In this document: positions 31,217 through 40,362 of the stretch, piece by piece | Layout of the letters: every line of letters begins with the position of its first letter | Position numbering within the stretch: the first letter of the stretch is position 1 | From: Candidatus Falkowbacteria bacterium | GTDB lineage: Bacteria; Patescibacteriota; Patescibacteriia; XYB2-FULL-38-15 | Direction of reading: 5' to 3' | DNA length: 64,000 bases | NCBI GenBank assembly: GCA_016214745.1 | Contig: JACRNW010000012.1 | Span: 4,368-68,367 of the forward strand | Notes under the pieces: model-generated | Databases searched by the model: none | Told to the model about the DNA's origin: nothing | What the model saw: only the letters and a program-made list of their open reading frames with translations | Translations under genes and position numbers: made by a program

Positions 31217-31899
31217 TTAGGGCGGAGTGCATCCCGCGACAGGACATTTGGTCGCGGTCCACTCCCCGAGATCTTCGCCGGTGGAATCGCGAATGACTCG
31301 GCCAACCACATTTTCGTGATCGGCGAATTCGCCGAGGTAGTGCCAGTCGCCAGACCAGAAATCAATTTCTCGGCCGTTGATTTCCGGTTCAAAAGAAGCG
31401 GCTTCAAGTTCTCGCCCACGATACTTCGCACCGTGTGCGGCGGGCTGCAGATTTCCGGCAGGCATTCAACGCAACCCGCCTCAATCACTTCGCAGTTGTT
31501 CGTCACGCAGGCCATGACCGTGGCTTTGGGTTCCGTGTCGCCGCCGCGATCAAGAATGTCGGCGGTGGTTTGGATCAGAGCCGTGGCTTCCCGTCGCGTT
31601 TCAGCCGACGCGCCGTTCGGCGCGAGAGTCAAAAGCGTCGGATTGTCGGAAATTTGCCAGTCCACATCCTTGATCATGATACCGTACGAGTTGTAGACGT
31701 AGGCGTGAAGCTTGTAGTCACTGACGCTGGTCGTGTCGCCGGCGGGGACGACCGAGATGCCGTCTTCCGGCGGAGCGCAGTCGGAGACGATCGCTACTGC
31801 CATGGCGACGCTTGAATCGTTGGGACAGGGGTCAATGAACTCATTCCGGCAGCCGAGCGCCATTGCGAAAAGAACCGCGAACAACATCTTCGTCTTCAT
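31217..31899 (-). pseudogene. GC-rich Cys-rich lipoprotein, probably frameshifted near 31410-31430
   Basis: SD, ATG and lipobox (ALG-C); the primary frame runs through the terminator, while the overlapping frame 31217..31465 gives a protein-like C-terminus that stops before it. Confidence 0.5.
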
Positions 31900-32080
31900 T
31901 TGTACCCTCCTTGCTGATTTTATTTTAGCAAAATATAAATAAAATTAAAAATATTTTTTTAAATAATCTTTCCCATGAACCGGAATTAACAAAAATTTCT
32001 CCCTTGACAATTCCCCCAGATTTGTTTAAATAGAATATTCTTTGTTTTATCCTTGGAGGAAGATGAGGAGGGAGGGAAAG

Positions 32081-32299
32081 GTGGAAAAAACAAAGCTAAA
32101 GAGGGGAGACACGTTGGAGTTCACGCTTGAGGGTAAGACCCTGAAGTGCGAAGTTTTGACCAAGATGTGCGTTGGTGACGCCGACCTCGTCGCGTTTTCC
32201 GTCGTCGGCCAGCCGGGCAGGAAATTCTACATCTACCTGCAACAGTTGCCGAACGGCAACCTGATCCAGAAGCCGGGGACCAAAATCTTCGGACATTAG
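32081..32299 (+). CDS. GC-rich small orphan protein (about 72 aa)
   Basis: GGAGG before GTG; TTGACA…TAGAAT upstream. Confidence 0.55.
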   Translation: MEKTKLKRGDTLEFTLEGKTLKCEVLTKMCVGDADLVAFSVVGQPGRKFYIYLQQLPNGNLIQKPGTKIFGH

Positions 32300-32735
32300 C
32301 GGGGCGGCGGGAGGAGCGGATGGCCGCGATGAAAGTTCAAACCGGAGACAGGGTTGGACTTGGTCTTGGAAACCGGGATCATCGGGTTGGGGAGGTAGCC
32401 CATTTCTCGCACGAGAGGCCGAGGATCGTTTTCTGACGGTCCTCTTTTTTTGTATAAAAAAAGAGGCCGACTGGCCTCTTTCCCTAAAATTATTGGCAGC
32501 AGCAGGAACAACCCCTTAATCTTTTGGTGTGTTTGCGTAATTCTTTTCCCTTTTTAGTGTTTTTCAGAGCCTGTTTAGTTCTGGCTTTGGCCGCGCTATT
32601 TTGTCCCATATTATTTTTCTAATTAATTATGTAGGTGGCTTTACTTTAATATAATTATCCAAAGTAGTCAAATGTATTGATTTTTTAACGAAAATTTTGT
32701 ATAATTAAATACGCATTAATTAATAAATTTAAACT

Positions 32736-33506
32736 ATGGAAAACGCTTTAATTACGATTGGCATCATCGTGGCGGCGATTATTTTGGCTTCAATCAGACA
32801 AATCAACCAGTATCAACGAGGCGTGAAGTTCACAATGGGAAGATTTTCCGGCGTGCTGGCGCCTGGCTGGCGTTTAGTAATTCCCGTTTTTCAGTCCGCC
32901 AGAAAAGTTGATATGAGAATCAAGGCGGTTGACGTGCCGGATCAGGAAGCGATTACTAAAGATAATATTTCCGTCCGCGTGAACGCCGTGATTTATTACA
33001 AGGTTCGCGACGCGGAAAAAGTGATTATTGAAGTGGAAGATTTTGGTTATGCCACTTCGCAACTTGCTCAAACGACGATGAGAAACGTGGTCGGCGAAGT
33101 AAATCTGGATGAATTACTCTCCAGCCGCGAAGCCATCGCTGAAAAAATCAGAGAAATTGTTGACAAGGCCACTGACGCTTGGGGTATTGAGGTACATTCA
33201 GTGGAATTGAAAGACGTGACTTTGCCGGAAGAAATGAAACGGGTCATTGGCAAGCAAGCCGAGGCCGAGCGGGAAAAGAGATCGGTCATCATCAAGGCCG
33301 AAGGTGAAGTGATTGCCGCGGAAAATTTAGCCAAGGCCGCGAATACCCTGTCCGCTTCCGACGGCGCGCTGCATCTCCGCACTTTGAGTACGATTAATGA
33401 TGTTAGTTCTGACCAGTCAAACACAATTGTCTTTGCTATTCCACTGGAAATTCTACGGGCGTTTGAAAGATTGGGGAAAAAAGATAAAGAAAAAGAGCAG
33501 GTGTAA
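32736..33506 (+). CDS. SPFH/stomatin (slipin) family protein
   Basis: QEAITKDNISVRVNAVIYY, AQTTMRNVVG, QAEAEREKR. Confidence 0.93.
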   Translation: MENALITIGIIVAAIILASIRQINQYQRGVKFTMGRFSGVLAPGWRLVIPVFQSARKVDMRIKAVDVPDQEAITKDNISVRVNAVIYYKVRDAEKVIIEVEDFGYATSQLAQTTMRNVVGEVNLDELLSSREAIAEKIREIVDKATDAWGIEVHSVELKDVTLPEEMKRVIGKQAEAEREKRSVIIKAEGEVIAAENLAKAANTLSASDGALHLRTLSTINDVSSDQSNTIVFAIPLEILRAFERLGKKDKEKEQV

Positions 33507-33631
33507 AAAATAATTTAAAAAACGTCCCGGGAAATCTGGGACGTTTTTGTTTTGTAAATAAAAAAACTCCCGCGCGAACCGAAGTTCGGGGGAGTGGGGT
33601 ACGGTGGTGCTGTATGTGGCAGGCAGTGAGT

Positions 33632-33868
33632 CTAGCGCTTGGGCATAGGACCGATTTTGACTGCAGTGAGAAACTGACGGTCGGCTTCGGTACGGGTTCG
33701 TTCGAGTTCGGTCCAGTCGATGGGGTCTCCTTCGGGAATGCCAAATCCTTCGTCGTTGTAGTCCCCGGTATTGACAGAGCCGACTCGCTCCAGAAAGCGT
33801 TTGGCTCTCTCGGGAAGGCCGCTACCCAATGGTCGGCGGATTTCCTCATCCGTCAATGTCACCTTCAT
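33632..33868 (-). CDS. GC-rich small orphan protein (78 aa)
   Basis: AAAGGAG before ATG; downstream hairpin and T-run. Confidence 0.55.
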   Translation of the reverse strand: MKVTLTDEEIRRPLGSGLPERAKRFLERVGSVNTGDYNDEGFGIPEGDPIDWTELERTRTEADRQFLTAVKIGPMPKR

Positions 33869-33941
33869 GGCAAGTTCTCCTTTCTTGCTGATTAAAGTTT
33901 ATCAATTTCCATATTTTTTGTAAATAATCCCCCGCGCGGAT

Positions 33942-35600
33942 TTAAAGATAAATGAGATAAGCCTGGCCGTCGGTCGTGAAACTGTCGCCCGCGGCATTAG
34001 TTCCTTTTATTTCTCCAACCAGACCAATTTTTTGAAAGCTTCCGATGAGGCCAGTTTTTTCGAGGTCAGTCATAATAAATTCTCTCTCGGCGTCTATGTT
34101 AGGATTGATTTTATGAACAGGCAACTGAATAATCGGGCCAAGCTCCACACCCTGGTCAAAACTCGCCGTGGCCACCCAAACTTCAGTATTGTTTATTTTA
34201 TAATTGGTTTCCCAATATCGAGTATGGTGCCGCTGGCGGGCAGTGTTTAGTTCAGTTGATTTTTCAAAACCCAAGTCGTTGATTTTACTTTGATAAAAAG
34301 ACGGAGTCATGGGAGCGGTGGGATAATTTATATTTTTTGCAATGGCGGAAGATAATTTAAGAAAATTTTTTAAATTTGGCTCTTCGGCCCTGGACCAGCC
34401 GGCCGCAGTAAACAAATTAATTATTTGTTGTTTCTCGCCGATAACTATAAAACTGATTGGTTCCATTTTCTGGCCGAACAAGTCTTCGCTGTAGAGCGAT
34501 GCCGTTTTTGAAAAATCGGTCAGGGTGGTCTCCGCGAAGGCGTTAGCGGGTTGAATAATTTTTATTTTTCCGAAAGAAACAATAGAAAAAATCAAAAATA
34601 AAACAGTGAAGGCGGACAGCAATAATTTTTTCTCCGGCAAGGGCGCCGGTTTTTTTGCGGAAAATTTATTTTTAATTTCCGCGAAAGTCACGCCGAGCGC
34701 CAAAATCGCGAAACCCAAATACCAGCCCGCCAAAACGTCGCTTGGGTAATGGACGCCCAGATAAGTTCGGCTTAAACCGATGAGCAGAGCCAGCAGCAAA
34801 AATAAAATCAGGATAGAAATTTTTGAAAATTTATTTTTTAATTTTTTAAATAAAAGGTAGGCAATAAAACCATAAAAACAAACGGAGATTAGCGCATGGC
34901 CGCTCGGCAGGCTGTACGAAGTTGGCGAGGCGATTAAATTGGCGGCGATTGGCCTTGGTCGGTGAAAAATTATTTTCGCGATATAAGACAATAAAAAACC
35001 GCCGGCCGTGGTGGCGATTAAATATTGGGCGGCCTTTTTATTTTTAGTGATAAAAAGATAAGCGGCGGCCAGCGTTAGCCCGACGACGATTGTCTGCCAA
35101 TTAGCCAGATTAGTAAAAAAGACAAAGAAGTAATCCAGTTTTTCCGAAGTCGTGGCGTGCAACAAAGAAATAATTCGTCGGTCGGCAAAATACAACGGAT
35201 CTTTAAACCAGATGTCCTGGATGATGCCGAGAAAAAGAAAGAAAAAGACAGCGCTGATAATGATACCGAGAGTTAAATACCACCCGGTCGGCCGGTCAGC
35301 TCTTATCCTGTTTATGAAAAATTGGTAAAGTCTTGGCCACTTAATTTTTATTTTGTGGTTAAACGCCTGCCATTTTTTGTTTGATTTTATGCGTTCAATG
35401 ATCGCCCGCGCCAAGGTTATTATTTTTGCTTTGTGCTGCAGAAGGAACGACAAAATAATTTCCCATAAAACAATAACAAGGGCAACAAGCAGAATAAGAA
35501 TATTTAAAGCTAATCCCCAGTAACTAAAATACCGAAACATTTCTACGGATACATATACTACCGCAATGGCAAGAATAATTTTTAGAATTGTTTTCACCAT
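33942..35600 (-). CDS. PAP2 phosphatase fused to an LssY C-terminal domain
   Basis: KIIFHRPRP, PSGH, SRTYLGVHYPSDV; EPISF…RHHTRYW…ASFDQG. Confidence 0.85.
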   Translation of the reverse strand: MVKTILKIILAIAVVYVSVEMFRYFSYWGLALNILILLVALVIVLWEIILSFLLQHKAKIITLARAIIERIKSNKKWQAFNHKIKIKWPRLYQFFINRIRADRPTGWYLTLGIIISAVFFFLFLGIIQDIWFKDPLYFADRRIISLLHATTSEKLDYFFVFFTNLANWQTIVVGLTLAAAYLFITKNKKAAQYLIATTAGGFLLSYIAKIIFHRPRPIAANLIASPTSYSLPSGHALISVCFYGFIAYLLFKKLKNKFSKISILILFLLLALLIGLSRTYLGVHYPSDVLAGWYLGFAILALGVTFAEIKNKFSAKKPAPLPEKKLLLSAFTVLFLIFSIVSFGKIKIIQPANAFAETTLTDFSKTASLYSEDLFGQKMEPISFIVIGEKQQIINLFTAAGWSRAEEPNLKNFLKLSSAIAKNINYPTAPMTPSFYQSKINDLGFEKSTELNTARQRHHTRYWETNYKINNTEVWVATASFDQGVELGPIIQLPVHKINPNIDAEREFIMTDLEKTGLIGSFQKIGLVGEIKGTNAAGDSFTTDGQAYLIYL

Positions 35601-35604
35601 AAGT

Positions 35605-35991
35605 TTAGGCGGCTCGTGTTATTTTTTTCTTTTTGAACCAACCAATCAGAAATAAAATTCCTATAAGAAATGCAGGCCCATCAAGTACTAGCGATATAGC
35701 GAGAGTAATATACCAGGGGTTAATGTTTTCTCTTAGAATTGAAAATACCATGTGTGCTATACCTGCAATAATAAAAGCAATCCCGCCAACTACCTCATAT
35801 TTCCAGGATATCCATATTATCACTGCTAATGTCAGTGCAGGGATATTGTGTAATAATAAACCTAAAATAGTTTGCCAAAAGCCTAAATTTTCATCAAAAA
35901 CATCCCCTGAAAGTATTGTTAAGAATAAAACTAGTATTATTGATAAAATTCTTGGCGTCCAATATACAAACTTATTAATTTTTTTCTCCAT
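35605..35991 (-). CDS. Small 4-TM membrane protein
   Basis: WTPRILSI…HNIPA, hydrophobic helices; notably AT-rich. Confidence 0.7.
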   Translation of the reverse strand: MEKKINKFVYWTPRILSIILVLFLTILSGDVFDENLGFWQTILGLLLHNIPALTLAVIIWISWKYEVVGGIAFIIAGIAHMVFSILRENINPWYITLAISLVLDGPAFLIGILFLIGWFKKKKITRAA

Positions 35992-36076
35992 ATATTTTTA
36001 TTAAGGGATAAATCTATTTTAATTATACTCTCTTTTCCAAAACCAAAACACCCCGCAGTATCGCGGGATGTGTTGG

Positions 36077-36151
36077 TGGGGTGGCTACTGGGAGTTGAAC
36101 CCAGGCCAGTGGGACCACAACCCACTGTTCTACCGTTAAACTATAGCCACC
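36077..36151 (-). tRNA. tRNA-His(GTG)
   Basis: Cloverleaf with G-1; anticodon arm GTGGG-TTGTGGT-CCCAC; CCA. Confidence 0.93.
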
Positions 36152-36152
36152 A

Positions 36153-36227
36153 TGGTGACCCCGCTAGGAATCGAACCTAGATATCCAGCTTAGAAGGCTG
36201 GTGTTCTATCCATTGAACTACGGGGCC
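36153..36227 (-). tRNA. tRNA-Arg(TCT)
   Basis: Cloverleaf; anticodon arm CCAGC-CTTCTAA-GCTGG; CCA. Confidence 0.93.
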
Positions 36228-36320
36228 GTAATAAGTTAAAAGTTTAAAGTGAAAAGTTAAAAGTTTTTGAGTAAATTATTTTTTAATATAACAAACAATT
36301 TTCAGATTGTCAATCGTGAA

Positions 36321-36499
36321 TTTCTCCCCTTAAGATAAGGGGAGATTAAGAGGGGTTATGAGCGGTGGATTTTAGTGGCCGGTTCATAACGCCCCCGCCC
36401 GCCACGCAAGCCAGCCCCGCCTGCAACGCTATGCTTGCATTAGCGGGCAGGTTGCTGGCGTTGCGGGCAGGCCCAGCCCCTCTTACCTTAAGAGGGGAG
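36321..36499 (+). repeat. About 180-bp nested palindromic repeat, copy 1
   Basis: Direct repeat of 37647-37827. Confidence 0.9.
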
Positions 36500-36502
36500 T
36501 TA

Positions 36503-37420
36503 TCATTTCCCGCGTCGGCGGCCGTGAAAACTTTTGTGCACGTCGCGAAGTTGTTGATTTGTGATATGCGTATAAATTTGCGTAGTAGTAATGGAAGAAT
36601 GGCCGAGCATGGCCTGGACCGAACGGATGTCGGCGCCGTTCATCAATAAATCCGTGGCGTAAGAATGGCGCATGGTGTGCGGCGTAACTTTTTTGGTGAT
36701 GCCGGCGATTTTAGAATATTTTTTTACGAGCCGTTCCACGCTCCGGGGAGTGAGAGCCGCTTCACTCTCATGCGCCCGGTCGTGGGAAACGAACAAAAAC
36801 GGTGAAACGTCTTGGCGCGCCTCCAGATATTGTTTGACCCAAAACTTGGCCTGGTTTGATAAAAAGACTATGCGCGGTTTGTCGCCCTTGCCGCGGACTG
36901 TAAATTCCTCTTTTTTTAAATTGACTTGTTCTTTTTTTAAATTTGCCAGCTCAGAAACGCGGAGTCCGGTGGAAAAAAGCATTTCCACAATCGCCTTGTC
37001 TCGTTTTTTTATAATTTCCGGCGTCTCGGCGAGCGTTGGCGCTTCAAGTAGCCGCTCCAAATCGCTTCCTTCTAAAAAATCCACCACGCGTTCGGGCATT
37101 TTGCCCAATTCAATTTTTTCCGCAGACAAAGTTTTGATGTCGCGCTTGGCCAGATATTTCAAAAAAGCTCGTAGGGCGATCAGATGATAATTTTGCGTAT
37201 TCTTTTTTAATTCTCTTCCTGTTTCGTCGGCAAAACGATTAAGCCAAAGGCGATACTGCCTAACCTTTTCTTGGGTAATGCCGGAAGGGGAGGAATTGCC
37301 TGCCCACTCGTTAAACCTTTTTAAATAAAAATCATAATTCCGTATGGTCTTGGAGGAACGGTTTTTTTCTATTTCCAAATATTCCAGAAATTGAGTGATC
37401 AAAGTGTTGAGGTTGGCCAT
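36503..37420 (-). CDS. Tyrosine recombinase, XerC/XerD family
   Basis: STGLRVSEL, GKGDK, TPHTMRHSYAT, LGHSSITTTQIYTH; 305 aa with N-terminal SAM-like domain. Confidence 0.92.
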   Translation of the reverse strand: MANLNTLITQFLEYLEIEKNRSSKTIRNYDFYLKRFNEWAGNSSPSGITQEKVRQYRLWLNRFADETGRELKKNTQNYHLIALRAFLKYLAKRDIKTLSAEKIELGKMPERVVDFLEGSDLERLLEAPTLAETPEIIKKRDKAIVEMLFSTGLRVSELANLKKEQVNLKKEEFTVRGKGDKPRIVFLSNQAKFWVKQYLEARQDVSPFLFVSHDRAHESEAALTPRSVERLVKKYSKIAGITKKVTPHTMRHSYATDLLMNGADIRSVQAMLGHSSITTTQIYTHITNQQLRDVHKSFHGRRRGK

Positions 37421-37469
37421 AGAGGATTTTTAGTGTCGCACAATTATATTTTACTACACATTTTTACTA

Positions 37470-37498
37470 TTGACAAAATCCTCAAAATGTGGTATATT
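37470..37498 (+). promoter_or_regulatory. Promoter of the DGR target gene
   Basis: TTGACA-17 nt-TATATT; extended similarity to 49597 and 4333. Confidence 0.6.
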
Positions 37499-37646
37499 TA
37501 ATTGTTAGTAAATAGTTCTTTTAAAGGTAAAACCCCCTCACTCCAACTCTCTCCCCGAAGGGGAGAGAGAGTCTCCTCGCCCCATTGGGGAGAGGATTAA
37601 GGTGAGGGGGCAACAAGTTCACAGTTTTCTTTTGGCGGCGCTCTGG

Positions 37647-37827
37647 TTTCTCCCCTTAAGGTAAGGGGAGATTAAGAGGGGTTATGAAAGGTGGATTTTT
37701 AAAATCACAATTCATAACGCCCCCGCCCGCCACGCAAGCCAGCCCCGCCTGCAACGCTATGCTTGCATTAGCGGGCAGGTTGCTGGCGTTGCGGGCAGGC
37801 CCAGCCCCTCTTATCTTAAGAGGGGAG
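37647..37827 (+). repeat. About 180-bp nested palindromic repeat, copy 2
   Basis: Direct repeat of 36321-36499. Confidence 0.9.
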
Positions 37828-37923
37828 GAGCGAGCACAATCAAAAGAAGGCTGGGAAACCGGCGCTTCCTCTTTGCCACATCGGCGAGGAGAAAGCTTTC
37901 GCGTAAGGCGGAGGCAAAAGGAA

Positions 37924-38391
37924 ATGAAGATGGATACCCTGCGTTCCGCGTCCCACCTGCAGCGCGAGATCGGCGACGAGCTGTTCGCGGCTCTCGTGAA
38001 CTCGGACAACACCGCGGCGGTGCGGAAGTTCGCCGCGACGCTCGTCAAGTCCGCCCTCCCGACCGAGATGACGGTCGGCGGGGTCACCTACGAGATCCTC
38101 TCGTTCCTCAAGGGGGACGAGAAGAGCGTGGTCGGCCACACCATGGTCGAGCGGGCGAAGGAGATGGGCGCCAACCTCGGGGAGGAGGATTGCGAGCGCT
38201 TCCTGAAGAACCAGTCCGACATCCCCGCCGCGCTCTGCGGCAAGGTCGCCTTCGTCTTCCCGGACTTGCGGCACCCGGACGACCGCGAGTACGTCGCGGA
38301 CCTCGACTGGGGCGGCGACGGCTGGTACCTGCTCTGGGGCTGGCTCTCGCGCGACTGGCGCGGCCGCGGTCGTCTCCTTCGCCGCAAGTAA
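37924..38391 (+). CDS. DGR target protein (variable C-terminus, putative C-type-lectin-like fold)
   Basis: 3' 120 nt align without gaps to TR; GC-rich; GGAGG upstream of ATG 37924/37930. Confidence 0.85.
   Translation: MKMDTLRSASHLQREIGDELFAALVNSDNTAAVRKFAATLVKSALPTEMTVGGVTYEILSFLKGDEKSVVGHTMVERAKEMGANLGEEDCERFLKNQSDIPAALCGKVAFVFPDLRHPDDREYVADLDWGGDGWYLLWGWLSRDWRGRGRLLRRK
38266..38385 (+). repeat. DGR variable repeat (VR)
   Basis: Against TR: 22 mismatches at TR adenines and 15 elsewhere; the last 36 nt have 8 mismatches, all at adenines. Confidence 0.88.
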
Positions 38392-38455
38392 TGTTTTGTA
38401 ACTCGGCCCTTCAAAAAGGCCGTGTCGCTCGGACCCTTGGACACTCGGTTCCTCG

Positions 38456-38494
38456 GGCCCTCACACATTTCGTTGTGTGAGGGCCTATTTTTTT
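38456..38494 (+). terminator. Intrinsic terminator after the DGR target
   Basis: GGCCCTCACACA/TGTGTGAGGGCC 12-bp stem and T-run. Confidence 0.8.
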
Positions 38495-38740
38495 AAACTA
38501 AATTTTGATATACTTCAAAATAGATTTTACGGTTACGGCGTCGGCTATTGCTTATGCGCGTAGAATCTCGCCATTTCATTTTTCAGAATGCGATCGGTTA
38601 AGGCTTATCGCAGAGCAAGAATGAAGTGACTAAAATGAAGATACTTGGTGCGGCTTGTTAGGGAGACATAGCTTCTCCGAATACGATTCAACCCCGAGAG
38701 TATTCAAAGGGTGGTGGCACGGACGACAGGCCGCATAATT

Positions 38741-38860
38741 CTGCGCAACCCGAACGGCAACCTCTACGTCGCCTACCTCAACTGGAACGACGACCGCTGG
38801 ATCGTGAACTTCAACTGGCTCGACAACGACTGGAACGACAACGATCGTCTCCTTCGCCGC
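38741..38860 (+). repeat. DGR template repeat (TR)
   Basis: AAC-rich copy of VR ending in the shared CGTCTCCTTCGCCGC; hairpin at about 38876-38900. Confidence 0.92.
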
Positions 38861-38900
38861 CAGTCTCTTCATCAACGCTCCCGTCCCTTTGGGCGGGAGT

Positions 38901-39309
38901 TTATTTTCGGAAGGATTGTAAATTTTTTATCCAACCACCAAGCATTATACCGGCGGACGAAAGTTTTTGGGAGAGCCGCGCGTATTTTCCGGTATCTATT
39001 CCTTTTGCTTCCCAGAGAATTGCCACAAAAAATTTCAGATTGTCTAATTTACGATTTAATTGCAGCAAAAAGTTTAATTTATCTTCGCGTCTTGTATATT
39101 GCGCGGTTAAGGCCAATTCCAAAATATTTACGAATAATTCGTCTATTTTTTTGCCGAGCGTGTAGCGTGTGAGGCGGGGCAGATGCGTTAAAAAACTATG
39201 CCACAACAAATAAGTTTCTTTGAAAGTGGAGATAATGGGAATCTCGGTAAAATTCCGTTGGGGGGGGGGATTTAAAGGGCGGATCGTTCCGAAAATTCAA
39301 TTGGCTCAT
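38901..39309 (-). CDS. avd: DGR accessory protein Avd (four-helix bundle); as sequenced, the body 38901..39209 is out of frame with ATG 39309 across the C10 tract
   Basis: YLLWHSFLTHLPRLTRYTLGKKIDELF…LDNLKFF…GIMLGGW; position between TR and RT. Confidence 0.8.
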
Positions 39310-40362
39310 AAATTTGAAGATATTATTTCTTTAGAAAATTTATTTTTGGCCTGGCAGGAATTTTTAGTTGGCAAAAAGGGTAAGCGCGACGTCCAGATTT
39401 TTGCTCGCGACTTGGCTGATAATATTTTAGCGCTCCACGAAGATTTAGCAAATAAAACTTATCGCCACGGCGGATATGAAAGTTTTTACGTCAACGATCC
39501 GAAACGCCGACATATTCATAAAGCGGCGGCGCGCGACCGTTTACTCCATCACGCCGTTTACAGAATTCTTTATCAGTTTTTTGAAAAAACATTTATTGCC
39601 GACTCCTTTTCCTGTCGCTTAGGGAAAGGAACACACAAGGCCATTAATCGTTTCCGGGCCATGGCTTTTCGGGTAAGCCAAAATCACACGCGGACGGTTT
39701 GGGTTTTGAAATGCGACATTAAAAAGTTTTTCGCGAGCATTGACCACGAGGTTTTACTTAAAATTTTGAAAGAATATATTCCGGATGAAAATATTTTGTG
39801 GCTGCTGAAAAATGTGATAGAAAGTTTTGCCACTCTCCCCCTCACCCCTGCCCGCAACGCCAGCGCTAGCGTGGCAGGCGGGCCAACCCTCTCCCCGAAG
39901 GGGCGAGGGGACGAAAACGGTGTTGGTCTGCCGCTTGGCAATTTGACCTCGCAACTTTTCGCCAATGTTTATATGAATGTTTTTGATCAGTGGGTTAAAC
40001 ATAAACTGAAAGCCAAAAATTATTTACGCTATGCCGACGACTTTGTTTTTCTTTCCGAAAATCGTGAGTGGCTTTTGAATATCGTGCCGCAGATTAAAAA
40101 GTTTTTGGCGGAAGAATTAAAACTGACGCTTCATCCAAAGAAAATTATTTTGAAAACCGTCGTTTCGGGCGTTGATTTTTTGGGTTGGGTGTGCTTCTCG
40201 GACCATCGCGTCCTGCGGCAGACGGCGCGGCGGCGGATGTTAGCGCGTATTTTGGAAAATCCCACACAAGAAACTCTGCAATCATATTTAGGTCTTCTGA
40301 AACACGGCAATACTCTTGGAGTACGGTGGCAGACTCTTATAAATTATTGGTTGTGGGGGTGA
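39235..40362 (+). CDS. DGR reverse transcriptase (alternative start ATG 39198 if the G tract is 9 nt)
   Basis: PKRRHI…RDRLLHHA, GTHKA, CDIKKFF, GLPLGNLTSQ, YLRYADDF, GVDFLG; no maturase or endonuclease domain. Confidence 0.93.
   Translation: MGISVKFRWGGGFKGRIVPKIQLAHKFEDIISLENLFLAWQEFLVGKKGKRDVQIFARDLADNILALHEDLANKTYRHGGYESFYVNDPKRRHIHKAAARDRLLHHAVYRILYQFFEKTFIADSFSCRLGKGTHKAINRFRAMAFRVSQNHTRTVWVLKCDIKKFFASIDHEVLLKILKEYIPDENILWLLKNVIESFATLPLTPARNASASVAGGPTLSPKGRGDENGVGLPLGNLTSQLFANVYMNVFDQWVKHKLKAKNYLRYADDFVFLSENREWLLNIVPQIKKFLAEELKLTLHPKKIILKTVVSGVDFLGWVCFSDHRVLRQTARRRMLARILENPTQETLQSYLGLLKHGNTLGVRWQTLINYWLWG
39837..39911 (+). repeat. Composite palindromic repeat inserted in frame in the RT gene
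   Basis: Encodes PLTPARNASASVAGGPTLSPKGRG; matches 4250-4323 (reverse complement). Confidence 0.88.

Larger units (their letters stand above)
37924..40362. mobile_element. Diversity-generating retroelement (target-TR-avd-RT)
   Basis: VR/TR pair with adenine-biased mismatches, Avd-like gene, DGR-class RT. Confidence 0.93.

Noticed and set aside
36503-37420. Xer as the integrase of an island at tRNA-Arg/His carrying the DGR
   Set aside because: No duplicated tRNA 3' end found; size and motifs fit a housekeeping XerC/D; host-like composition
37684-37923. N-terminal extension of the DGR target, and ORF 36365..36649 with the same peptide
   Set aside because: Both are read-throughs of the nested palindromic repeat; the SD-preceded ATG is at 37924/37930
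38711-39172. 153-aa Asn-rich ORF (and 38630..38875 on the minus strand)
   Set aside because: Translation of the DGR template repeat running antisense into avd; TR functions as RNA
39220-40362. RT as a group II intron, retron or CRISPR-associated RT
   Set aside because: No maturase/endonuclease domain, intron ends or cas genes; TR/VR and avd identify a DGR
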